This document shows, piece after piece, positions 20,248-29,000 of a stretch of DNA of 62,266 nt. This DNA comes from an uncultured Alphaproteobacteria bacterium (GTDB lineage: Bacteria; Pseudomonadota; Alphaproteobacteria; Micavibrionales; UBA9664). The stretch covers positions 1-62,266 of the forward strand of contig CAXGMH010000003.1 in the NCBI GenBank assembly GCA_964010795.1. The letters are read 5' to 3'. How positions within the stretch are numbered: position 1 is the stretch's first letter; each line of letters opens with the position of its first letter. Position numbers and translations under genes: made by a program. The notes beneath the pieces are model-generated. The model ran no database searches, was not told where the DNA came from, and saw only the letters and a list, made by a program, of their open reading frames with translations.

Positions 20248-21774
20248 ATGACAGTAAAAACTCTTATCGCACCCGCCTCATCCGAGGACGGGGCGATGAT
20301 CCATGCCTTGCATAAAGCGCAACAACAGGCGCGCAGCAAACGCGACCGATGGGTGGGCTTGTGGCAGGAATGCTATGATTACGCCTTGCCGCAACGTGAT
20401 AGCTTTTATGGGTTTGACCATGCCGGACAAAAGCGCAGTGACCATCTTTATGACGGCACGGCAATGGATAGTGTCGATCAGCTAGCCGCAAGTCTTTTGG
20501 CTGAACTGACACCGCCTTGGAGCCAATGGTTCGGTTTCAAGCCCGGCTTTGCGCTCAGTAAAGATGAAGCGGAAACGATTGCACCTAAGTTGGAGAATAC
20601 TGCACAAATCATGCAAACACATTTTGACCGATCGAATTTTGCAACCGAGATACATCAATGTTTTCTTGATCTTGTTACCGCAGGGACGGCCTGTCTGTAT
20701 TTTGATCGTGCCGCTACGGGCGCTATGACGGCTTTTCGTTTTGAGGCAGTGCCTCTTTCACAAGTGGCGATAGAGCAAAGCGAGAATGGCAGCATGGATA
20801 TCACTTATCGATACCGCAAGATCAGTGCCGGCCAGATTCAAAATGATTTTGTGCAGGCGGAATTGCCGCAAGAACTGGTCGCTAAAGCTCTTAAATCCCC
20901 GGATACAGTATTCGAGGTGATTGAAGTTGTGCAGCCGGAGGGGCTGGCTTACCGCAAAATATGTTACTTGCCACAGTTTGTCGATAAGGGCGGTGAGGCT
21001 GCAATATTGTGCTCGCAATTGTTGCAATCAAGTCCCTATATTCATTTTCGCTGGCAGAAAAGCCCGGGTGAGATTTATGGACGTTCTCCGGTGATGAAGG
21101 CTTTGCCGGATATTAAAACAGCGAATAAAGTTGTTGAGCTTGTTTTGAAAAACGCATCGATTTCGGTGACGGGAATTTGGCAGGCCGATGATGATGGTAT
21201 CTTAAATCCTGCCAACATTGACCTGAGGCCCGGAACAATTATTCCAAAGGCAGTCGGGTCGCAAGGGCTGACACCATTGGAAATGCCTGCGCGTTTTGAT
21301 GTGTCCGAGCTTGTTTTGTCGGATTTACGGGCGCGTATCCGCAAAAGCCTTATGGTGGATCGCCTTGCTCAAATCGAAGAGCGGCAAATGACAGCGACAG
21401 AAGTTTTAGAGCGTGCTCGTGAGATTGTGCGGCTTCTGGGCGCAACATATGGGCGTTTGCAATCCGAGCTCTTAACCCCGCTTATCAGGCGCGGATATGA
21501 TTTGTTGCGCGCCAGAGGGGAGATTGCCGATCTTGCGCTTGACGGTCGTTATGTTGCGCTTGATTATCGTTCACCCATGGCGCGTGCGCAACAGCAATTA
21601 TCGGTTCAAAATACATTGAACTGGCTGAGGTCTGCGACCGAGCTTGGCGCAAAAGCCAGTGAGGCGATAGATGTGCCCGAGGCCGTCCGGCATATGGGTG
21701 AAGCCTTGGGTGTGCCGTCACATCTGATCCGCCGCGAGCTTCTTGATAAAGGAGGCGAGAATGCAACGTCCTAA
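20248..21774 (+). CDS. Portal / head-to-tail connector (T7 gp8-like)
   Basis: YDGTA, LAASL..LTPP, RWQKSPGEIYGRSP, ALPDIK, MTATEV, GRLQSE. Confidence 0.92.
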   Translation: MTVKTLIAPASSEDGAMIHALHKAQQQARSKRDRWVGLWQECYDYALPQRDSFYGFDHAGQKRSDHLYDGTAMDSVDQLAASLLAELTPPWSQWFGFKPGFALSKDEAETIAPKLENTAQIMQTHFDRSNFATEIHQCFLDLVTAGTACLYFDRAATGAMTAFRFEAVPLSQVAIEQSENGSMDITYRYRKISAGQIQNDFVQAELPQELVAKALKSPDTVFEVIEVVQPEGLAYRKICYLPQFVDKGGEAAILCSQLLQSSPYIHFRWQKSPGEIYGRSPVMKALPDIKTANKVVELVLKNASISVTGIWQADDDGILNPANIDLRPGTIIPKAVGSQGLTPLEMPARFDVSELVLSDLRARIRKSLMVDRLAQIEERQMTATEVLERAREIVRLLGATYGRLQSELLTPLIRRGYDLLRARGEIADLALDGRYVALDYRSPMARAQQQLSVQNTLNWLRSATELGAKASEAIDVPEAVRHMGEALGVPSHLIRRELLDKGGENATS

Positions 21775-22012
21775 GTTTTTTGATTTTTTGACGCAGATAC
21801 CATTCGGCCAAAAGCCAGCAGAGATAGAGCGATGTTTTGCCAAAGTTTTTCTGTCTACGGATGGGCGACAGGTTTTGCGCTATTTGCATCAAACCATAAC
21901 AGCCAGAGCTTTGCCTGCTGATTGTTCGACGGAAATGCTGCGCCATCAAGAAGGACAACGTGCTTTGCTTCAAATGATATTGCGCATGACTGAACGTGGT
22001 AGCGCAGAGTAA
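21761..22012 (+). CDS. Small post-portal protein (Bbp19-like)
   Basis: FLSTDGRQVL...LRHQEGQR; AAGGAGG RBS. Confidence 0.7.
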   Translation: MQRPKFFDFLTQIPFGQKPAEIERCFAKVFLSTDGRQVLRYLHQTITARALPADCSTEMLRHQEGQRALLQMILRMTERGSAE

Positions 22013-22051
22013 TACTTTAAACCTCATCTAAACAAAAGGAGATACCCCCTC

Positions 22052-22744
22052 ATGAGAGATGAAACCTTATCCAATGAAACTCAAAGTCAGGAACAGATGC
22101 TCAAAGTGCCTGAGAAATTTATTGATCCTGAAAGTGGTGAAATTCGCCTTGACGCACTGGTGAAATCCTATCGGGCATTAGAGACGAAGCTTTCACAAGC
22201 GCCGAGTGCTTCGGCAAAGCCAGAAACGGCGGAAGAATATAAGGCCAAAGTCAATCCCGGTTTGCTTGAGTTTGATGATGAGCTCAATGCTAAGCTTTTT
22301 GAGCGAGAGTTCACTGCTGAACAAGTGCAAACAATTTATGATCTGGCTGGCGAATACCTCATCCCGATGTTTGCGAAGATGCGCGCCGAGTTTGAGGCTG
22401 ATCGTGATCTGGAGCGCCTTATCGAGCATTTCGGCGGGGCTGAGAAATGGCAAGAAGTTTCTCGTCAATTATTCAATTTTGGACAAAAGACATTGCCGCA
22501 ATCCGTTTTTGAAAATCTGGCTAGCTCGTATGACGGTGTCATGGCGCTTTATAAAATGATGGGGCAAGAGGGTACGCAAAATGTATCTCCACAAATGGCG
22601 GAGCCGACGACGGAAAATGATTCTCAAGGGCTTCAGTCTATGATGCGTGACCCTAAATACTGGAAGGAACGCGATCCGGCCTTTATTGCCAAAGTCACAC
22701 GTGGTTTTGAACGTCTTTATGGAGACAGTGCGAAGGCGGAGTAG
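22052..22744 (+). CDS. Capsid scaffolding/assembly protein
   Basis: VPEKF, KSYRALE, acidic helical body, C-terminal DPKYW..DPAF..KV; position between portal and capsid. Confidence 0.8.
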   Translation: MRDETLSNETQSQEQMLKVPEKFIDPESGEIRLDALVKSYRALETKLSQAPSASAKPETAEEYKAKVNPGLLEFDDELNAKLFEREFTAEQVQTIYDLAGEYLIPMFAKMRAEFEADRDLERLIEHFGGAEKWQEVSRQLFNFGQKTLPQSVFENLASSYDGVMALYKMMGQEGTQNVSPQMAEPTTENDSQGLQSMMRDPKYWKERDPAFIAKVTRGFERLYGDSAKAE

Positions 22745-22773
22745 GGGTGAAAACTCTTACTTATCGGATTTGT

Positions 22774-23151
22774 TTAGCCGAATTGTTGGTTGGTGGCGTC
22801 TGTGACGACATCGCGAAAGGCTGTTTCAGCCTCTCCGGGAAGTGCGTCAAATTGTAGGGCAATACGTGATTTTGTTGTGCGCAAAATCTTGGCAGAGTGG
22901 GACACATCAAGAACACGGTTGCTGAGGCGGAACTTGATTGTGAAATCAACGGCTTCACCGGTTTGGAATTGTCGGCCTTGTGCTTCGATCTGGGCGCCAC
23001 CCATTGACCAGTCAACAACCGGATATTGTGTTCCATCAACGACAATGACGCAGGTGTCCTGAGATCGACGCTCACTTTGGCGGCGTGCAGATGGACCGTC
23101 ATCATTCGATACGGTTTTCATGAATTGATCCCAAGATTTTTTGAAGTGCAT
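22774..23151 (-). CDS. Single-domain PilZ protein
   Basis: RRQSERR (RxxxR) and DWSMGG (DxSxxG) motifs; GAGGA RBS. Confidence 0.85.
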   Translation of the reverse strand: MHFKKSWDQFMKTVSNDDGPSARRQSERRSQDTCVIVVDGTQYPVVDWSMGGAQIEAQGRQFQTGEAVDFTIKFRLSNRVLDVSHSAKILRTTKSRIALQFDALPGEAETAFRDVVTDATNQQFG

Positions 23152-23225
23152 TTCAGTCCTCGCTCAATTGAATATGGTAACTGTACTAAATTTTTCGAAA
23201 AATCACAAATTTAATAATTATTTTC

Positions 23226-23255
23226 TTGACAATATAGGATTTTATTCCCAATAAT
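23226..23255 (+). promoter_or_regulatory. Capsid promoter with operator in the spacer
   Basis: TTGACA 23226-23231; TAGGATTTTATTCCCA 23235-23250; AATAAT 23250-23255. Confidence 0.65.
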
Positions 23256-23263
23256 GGTCGAGC

Positions 23264-23293
23264 AAAGGCCGGGAGTGTATCTCGGCCTTTTTT
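23264..23293 (+). terminator. Intrinsic terminator in the capsid leader
   Basis: ggccggga-gtgta-tctcggcc hairpin followed by tttttt. Confidence 0.7.
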
Positions 23294-23436
23294 CATTTTG
23301 CGGAAAACAGCAAGATTTAAAGCTGCCCGCACACAACGTTTTGAGTAAAAGCTTTGGCCCTTAATTTTACAGGACAACCGCGCTTTTCTTTCCCCTCATT
23401 TGAAAAAACTTTTAACCCAGAAAGGAAAGACGAAGG

Positions 23437-24969
23437 ATGTCTTCACTCTCTAATGCTTTTGTAAAGCAATTCGAACGCGAGGTGCATGAAGCCTATCAAA
23501 GACAAGGCTCCAAGCTTCGCGGTTCGGTCCGTATCGCAAGCGATGTACAAGGCTCAACAGCCGTATTCCAGAAAATCGGCAAAGGCACAGCCTCGACGAA
23601 ATCAACGCATGGCATGGTGCCTGTGATGAATCTTGACCACACAGCCGTTGAGGTTGATCTGGAAGATTACTATGCCGGTGACTGGGTGGATCAGCTTGAT
23701 ACACTTAAGGTCAATCATGATGAGCGTGCTGTGATCGCGAATGCGGGTGCTTATGCGCTTGGACGTAAAACGGATGAGCTTATCATCAACGCAATGGCGG
23801 CGGGTGCAACGTTATCTGTCGATGATGACACGACTGGTTTGACACTGGCCAAAGTTCTGGAAGCCTTTGAAATGCTCGGTGAGAACTACGTTCCCGATGA
23901 CGGCAATATAACAGGCAGCCGTGCCGATATTGTTATTTGCGATGATGTCGAAGTTCCGCGCACCAGCGACACTGCCGGCAAGCGTGAAGATTTGCGCTCA
24001 AAACTTGATGAGGCGAGCTATGTGTTGACCCCGCAAGGGACACAGATTTATGTCGGCACACCGCACCATTATTACTCAATCTATGCTGATGAGCCACGGC
24101 AAGAACTGGGTGAAGACAAAAGCTACCTTACGGGATATCAGTGCCTTGTGTTGCCGATTTTGACTGAGGCCGGCAAGTCTCAATGGCCGGAGCGTTTCTC
24201 GCGAGAAGCGATCAATCAGCTCAAACAAAATACGGGGCCAATGAAGTTCCGGTCCCAGATGATGCTAGAGCCGGTCAATATCGCCGAAAGCCGACTTGAT
24301 CCGAAGCTTCTTCATTTTTATGAGGCGGATTTGAACGTTGATTATAGTGCGACACGCAAACGACTGTTTATCGAAAGCGATGAAATTTTGAGTATGAGTA
24401 GCTATTGGGATCCAGCCTTTGGTCATTCTGCCTCGGCGAAGCAGAAACGAGATGGCTCTGTCTTCGCTCTTGTGTTGCTCGGGCAAAGCGGGAGGCGGTA
24501 TTTGCATGATTTACGCTATTTGAAGGTTGAAGTCGGGCAAGGCGATGAAGCCAGTCAGCAAGTGAGGCAGATTTTTAAACTCTGCACACATTACGGCTTG
24601 CGGCGTGTTGCTATTGAAATTAATGGGATTGGCCGTTTTCTACCCGGTATCTTAAGACAGACGATAAAGGTTGAAGGTTTGCGTTGCTCGGTCGAAGAGG
24701 TGGTATCAAAAACAGCGAAAGATATCCGAATTTTAGAAGGCTTTGATGCTCTATTGGCTGCCCGTGCGCTTTATGTGCATCGCTGTGTGACCAAAACACC
24801 GTTTGTCACGGAAATGCAGGAGTGGGCGCCGCATGGTGCAAGCAAAGCCCATGATGACGGGCTAGACGCGGTGGCTGGCGCTTTGGCGAGGCTACCGCAG
24901 CAAGGTGTACGGTTGTCGCGTAAGGAGCAGGCGCTTCGCCTGCGTGAAACGGATTTTAGTGTTTTTTAA
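23437..24969 (+). CDS. In-frame chimera: major capsid N-terminus (aa 1-156) + terminase large subunit C-terminus
   Basis: Capsid motifs FVKQF..EVH.AYQ..GSKLR and ALGRKTD up to VPDDG; then terminase motifs NITGSRADIVICDDVE, YVGTP, YWDPAFG, HDDGLDA. Confidence 0.85.
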   Translation: MSSLSNAFVKQFEREVHEAYQRQGSKLRGSVRIASDVQGSTAVFQKIGKGTASTKSTHGMVPVMNLDHTAVEVDLEDYYAGDWVDQLDTLKVNHDERAVIANAGAYALGRKTDELIINAMAAGATLSVDDDTTGLTLAKVLEAFEMLGENYVPDDGNITGSRADIVICDDVEVPRTSDTAGKREDLRSKLDEASYVLTPQGTQIYVGTPHHYYSIYADEPRQELGEDKSYLTGYQCLVLPILTEAGKSQWPERFSREAINQLKQNTGPMKFRSQMMLEPVNIAESRLDPKLLHFYEADLNVDYSATRKRLFIESDEILSMSSYWDPAFGHSASAKQKRDGSVFALVLLGQSGRRYLHDLRYLKVEVGQGDEASQQVRQIFKLCTHYGLRRVAIEINGIGRFLPGILRQTIKVEGLRCSVEEVVSKTAKDIRILEGFDALLAARALYVHRCVTKTPFVTEMQEWAPHGASKAHDDGLDAVAGALARLPQQGVRLSRKEQALRLRETDFSVF

Positions 24970-24974
24970 AACTT

Positions 24975-25153
24975 AAGGGCATGACCGTGCCCCGCCGATA
25001 GTGCGGTGAAAGGCTTTATGTGATGCGTTCAGTCGCCACGCAGGCTTTTCACGAAACCGTTCGCGGCCGACGGTCGTCGGCTTGACCCGAGACCAAGGGC
25101 GCGACTGCGCCCCGCCGACAGTTCGGCGAAAGGCTTAGCGCCGTTTGAGCGTA
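24975..25153. repeat. Structured palindromic repeat: one partial and one near-full copy
   Basis: 25025-25153 aligns with 42945-43073; 24975-25016 duplicates its 3' hairpins. Confidence 0.85.
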
Positions 25154-25173
25154 TAATTTAAAGGAGAATAGAA

Positions 25174-25689
25174 ATGCCATATCAAGGATTTAGACCGACA
25201 TTAACGCCGAAAGTCCTCCCTTTGGTCCCGCGTCAAAAAGACGCACTGCAAGATCGTAGCCCTCTGACTGCTCTTGAGGTTGATATACTTGCCCGTACGA
25301 TCTGGGGGGAAGCTCGAGGTGAGGGGAAGACAGGCATGGAGGCCGTAGCCTGTGTCATTCTTAATCGTCATAAGCGCGCAAAAGAGGTAGGTGGATATTG
25401 GTGGGGTAACACAGTGATCGAGATTTGCCAGAAGCCTTATCAGTTTTCTTGCTGGAATAAAAGTGATCCCAATCGCGGAAAGCTTCTATCCGTGTCTGAA
25501 GATAACCCCTATTTTGCAACGGCTCTTCGTATAGCGAGACGTGCTTTGCTTGGCGTGCTTAGCGATATAACCAAAGGAGCGACACACTATCATACGCAAA
25601 GTGTTAAGCCTTATTGGATGCGTTATATGGACGTGATGGCACATATCAATAATCATATTTTTTACAAAGAAAAGAGCGGTGCGGCATGA
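25174..25689 (+). CDS. SleB/Hydrolase_2 cell-wall hydrolase (endolysin)
   Basis: LARTIWGEARGE, AVACVILNR, QFSCWN, DITKGATHYH, HIFY. Confidence 0.92.
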   Translation: MPYQGFRPTLTPKVLPLVPRQKDALQDRSPLTALEVDILARTIWGEARGEGKTGMEAVACVILNRHKRAKEVGGYWWGNTVIEICQKPYQFSCWNKSDPNRGKLLSVSEDNPYFATALRIARRALLGVLSDITKGATHYHTQSVKPYWMRYMDVMAHINNHIFYKEKSGAA

Positions 25690-26186
25690 TCTCGTCTCTT
25701 TTGACCCAGATTAGTTTTCCGGCTATTTTAGATATTATTGCGAAAATACTGGACCGTGTTGGTGATGAGCGTGCCGCTAAAGCGTCTGAAACGGTTAAAG
25801 AGGTTGAGCATATCTTGCGCCGAGAAGATGTTCCGGAACATAAAAGACAGACACTGGATGCCGAATTTACAGCCTTGATTAAGGAAAGACTGGATCATGA
25901 TGCACGGCGTCTTGAGACGGTGAATGCGTCTTTGCGTGCGGAGGTCGCGTCACAGGATATCTATGTGCGGCGAATGCGTCCGACTTTTGGTTATCTGATG
26001 GCTGTGACATGGACGGCGCAAATGCTGGCTATTGCTTATCTCTTGGTTTTTCAAACAGATAAGGCCGCGCTGGCTATTGAATCCGTTGAGAGTTTAGGCA
26101 CGATTTGGGCTGTCGCGTTATCTGTTTTGGGGATTTATGTGTATAAACGCTCGGAGGATAAAAAAAGGGCTCCTTATCTGAGATAG
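25686..26186 (+). CDS. 3TM holin (GTA_holin_3TM-like)
   Basis: RRMRPTFGY, two C-terminal TM helices, LGIY..KRS.DK; overlaps the endolysin stop. Confidence 0.8.
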   Translation: MISSLLTQISFPAILDIIAKILDRVGDERAAKASETVKEVEHILRREDVPEHKRQTLDAEFTALIKERLDHDARRLETVNASLRAEVASQDIYVRRMRPTFGYLMAVTWTAQMLAIAYLLVFQTDKAALAIESVESLGTIWAVALSVLGIYVYKRSEDKKRAPYLR

Positions 26187-26193
26187 TCTAGAC

Positions 26194-27525
26194 ATGATTC
26201 CTGCTTTGCTTCATACTTTCACAAATGATTTTCAACAAAAGGAAATTTGTCGCGTGAATAAACCAATCCGAAAGATTTTTTCCCAAACTGGAAATATGGT
26301 TGATGTTGCCAAAGGGTTTTTCAAGCTCGAGGCTGCGGGCGGAATTGTACTGGTCATAGCAGCGATTGTTGCGATGCTTATCGCCAATACAAGTCTTTAT
26401 GGTATTTATAATTACTTCCTCAATGAAATCGACTTTACGATCGGTTTTTCTGATAAGGCTGACCTCAACCTTTACATCGGAAAGCCGATTTTACTCTGGA
26501 TTAATGACGGCTTGATGGCCGTATTCTTTTTCCTTGTCGGTCTTGAGATAAAACGTGAATTTCTGGAGGGCGAATTATCGAGTAAGGATCGGGCTTTGCT
26601 GCCTGCTATTGTCGCGGTTGGTGGGATGGCTGCACCGGCGGCGATCTTTTATTTTATTAATCAGCATACGCCTCAATATATGCCTGGCTGGGCTATTCCT
26701 GCCGCGACGGATATTGCATTTGCGCTTGGGATTATGGCGCTTTTGGGGTCGCGTGTTCCTCTGGCCGCTAAAGTGCTTTTAACTGCGATTGCAATTATTG
26801 ATGATCTTGGTGCTATTTTGATTATCGCTTTGTTTTATACCGCAGATGTAAAAGTCATGGCACTGGTCGTGGCATTTGTAGCACTTTTGATGCTCGGCGC
26901 ACTCAACCGTTCAAAAGTATGCAATATCACACCTTATATTTTAATCGGGACAATCATGTGGATTGCGGTCTTGAAGTCAGGCGTTCACGCAACGCTTGCC
27001 GGTGTTGTCACGGCCTTGTTCATCCCTATGCGTAGCGACACAAGAGAAGGCTTTTCTCCTGTTAAACATTTGGAGCATACGTTGCATCCATGGGTGGCTT
27101 TTATGATTTTGCCGATCTTTGGTTTTGCCAATGCTGGAATTTCTTTTGCCGGCATGACGCCCGAGGAAATGTTTACGCCGCTTAGCCTCGGGATAGCTGC
27201 TGGTCTTTTCTTTGGAAAACAGATCGGTATTTTTGTGCCGCTTGTCCTTCTTATTAAGTCGGGCATATTTAAAATGCCAAAGCGCTGTAACTGGTGGCAT
27301 TTATACGGTGTTGCGTTACTTTGTGGTGTTGGCTTTACCATGTCACTTTTTATTGGCGGTCTGGCTTTTGACACACAAGACAACGCGGCTGCTGTGCGGA
27401 TCGGTGTTATTATGGGGTCTGTGTGCTCGGGAATTATCGGTTTTCTGGTTTTACGATTTGCGCCCTCAAAGATGTCAAAAGATGCGCGTAAAGTAGAAGT
27501 GAAAGCTAAGAACGTATCTGTTTAA
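26194..27525 (+). CDS. nhaA: Na+/H+ antiporter
   Basis: WINDGLMAVFF, GWAIPAATDIAF, AIIDD, SGVHATLAG, GVGFTMSLFI; true start may be downstream. Confidence 0.95.
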   Translation: MIPALLHTFTNDFQQKEICRVNKPIRKIFSQTGNMVDVAKGFFKLEAAGGIVLVIAAIVAMLIANTSLYGIYNYFLNEIDFTIGFSDKADLNLYIGKPILLWINDGLMAVFFFLVGLEIKREFLEGELSSKDRALLPAIVAVGGMAAPAAIFYFINQHTPQYMPGWAIPAATDIAFALGIMALLGSRVPLAAKVLLTAIAIIDDLGAILIIALFYTADVKVMALVVAFVALLMLGALNRSKVCNITPYILIGTIMWIAVLKSGVHATLAGVVTALFIPMRSDTREGFSPVKHLEHTLHPWVAFMILPIFGFANAGISFAGMTPEEMFTPLSLGIAAGLFFGKQIGIFVPLVLLIKSGIFKMPKRCNWWHLYGVALLCGVGFTMSLFIGGLAFDTQDNAAAVRIGVIMGSVCSGIIGFLVLRFAPSKMSKDARKVEVKAKNVSV

Positions 27526-27554
27526 ACGATTGATTTAGAGGAAGGAAGTAAATC

Positions 27555-29000
27555 ATGTCTAAAACACCTATTACAGTGGCAAAAGGGGACGGTATTGGCC
27601 CTGAGATTATGAACGCAACGCTTAAAATTTTAGAGGCAGCCGGCGCTCAGCTTGATATTCGTGAGATTACGATCGGTGAGAAAATGTACGAGACTGGCCA
27701 GATGACAGGTATCGAGGCGAGCTCATGGGATATATTGCGTGAGACAGGCGTTTTCTTAAAGGCACCGATTACAACACCGCGCGGTGGTGGTTTTAAAAGT
27801 CTGAACGTCACAGTGCGCAAGTCCATGGGGCTATATGCAAATGTGCGTCCCTGCGTGTCTTATCACCCATATGTCCAAACAATGCACCCGAAGATGGATT
27901 TGGTTGTTGTGCGTGAGAATGAAGAGGATCTTTATGCAGGGGTTGAGCACCGCCAGACACAAGATGTTGTTCAAAGCCTGAAGCTTATTACACGCGAAGG
28001 CTCTGAGCGTATAATCCGCTTTGCGTTTGAATATGCCCGTGCGTATGGCCGTAAAAAAGTAACCTGTATGGTCAAAGACAATATCATGAAAATGGCGGAT
28101 GGAATGTTTATTCGTATCTTCCGTGAATTGGCCGAAGAATACCCCGATATTCAGACAGATGACTATATCATTGATATCGGCGCGGCGCGTATCGCGTCTC
28201 GCCCGTCTGATTTCGACGTGATTGTAACTGAGAACCTCTATGGCGATATTATCTCTGATATTGCCGCAGAAGTGACTGGCTCTGTGGGGCTTGGGGGCTC
28301 ATCTAATATCGGTGATAAATTTGCAATGTTCGAAGCCGTTCATGGCTCTGCACCTGATATTTCCGGTAAAGGGATTGCCAACCCATCGGGGCTGTTGCTG
28401 GGTGCGGTTATGATGCTCGTTCATATCGGTCAGTCAAAGGTTGCAGAAGATGTGCATAATGCATGGCTCAAGACATTAGAAGACGGCGTTCACACAGGTG
28501 ATATTTTCCGCGAAGGTGTAAGTAAAGAAAAGCTTGGTACGGATGATTTTGCCGATGCGGTGATTGCACGCCTTGGGCAAAAGCCACAAGAGTTTGAGGC
28601 TGTTTCTTATGCTGGCGGCGGCAAAGGCATGGATCTTAAACCACCGCGCCCGCGTATCGCACAAAAGAAAGAGCTTGTCGGCGTTGATGTGGTTGTTGAC
28701 TGGGAAGGTGGCACAGCCGATGATTTTGGCGATGCGATTTCAAAGACAGCTGTTGACGGTCTTGGTTTGCGACTTATATCTGCGCGCGGCGTGAAGGTCT
28801 GGCCTGATGGTATGCCAGAGACCAAAACCTGCGATCATTGGTGCTGTCGTTTTGTGGCGGCTGACGGGAAAACAATCACTCATGGTCATGTCATCAATCA
28901 GCTTAACGCACTAAAAGATGCCGGCTATGACTTCGTTAAGACAGAGTTATTGTATAACTTTGACGGTCAGTCCGGATTTACTAAGGCGCAAGGCGAGTAG
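27555..29000 (+). CDS. icd: NADP-isocitrate dehydrogenase
   Basis: GDGIGPEI, KAPITTP, RENEEDLYAG, NLYGDIISD, EAVHGSAPDI. Confidence 0.95.
   Translation: MSKTPITVAKGDGIGPEIMNATLKILEAAGAQLDIREITIGEKMYETGQMTGIEASSWDILRETGVFLKAPITTPRGGGFKSLNVTVRKSMGLYANVRPCVSYHPYVQTMHPKMDLVVVRENEEDLYAGVEHRQTQDVVQSLKLITREGSERIIRFAFEYARAYGRKKVTCMVKDNIMKMADGMFIRIFRELAEEYPDIQTDDYIIDIGAARIASRPSDFDVIVTENLYGDIISDIAAEVTGSVGLGGSSNIGDKFAMFEAVHGSAPDISGKGIANPSGLLLGAVMMLVHIGQSKVAEDVHNAWLKTLEDGVHTGDIFREGVSKEKLGTDDFADAVIARLGQKPQEFEAVSYAGGGKGMDLKPPRPRIAQKKELVGVDVVVDWEGGTADDFGDAISKTAVDGLGLRLISARGVKVWPDGMPETKTCDHWCCRFVAADGKTITHGHVINQLNALKDAGYDFVKTELLYNFDGQSGFTKAQGE

Larger units (their letters stand above)
18124..26186. mobile_element. 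Podovirus-derived head/packaging/lysis cluster; candidate gene transfer agent or cryptic prophage
   Basis: Portal, scaffold, capsid/terminase, hydrolase and holin genes; no integrase, replication genes or att repeats seen; flanked by pyrE and nhaA. Confidence 0.8.

Noticed and set aside
24975-25153. CRISPR array or known riboswitch
   Set aside because: No regular repeat-spacer units or cas genes; no riboswitch consensus recognised, and copies occur in unrelated contexts
18124-26186. Intact inducible prophage
   Set aside because: No integrase, replication or tail genes and no att repeats; capsid and terminase are each partial
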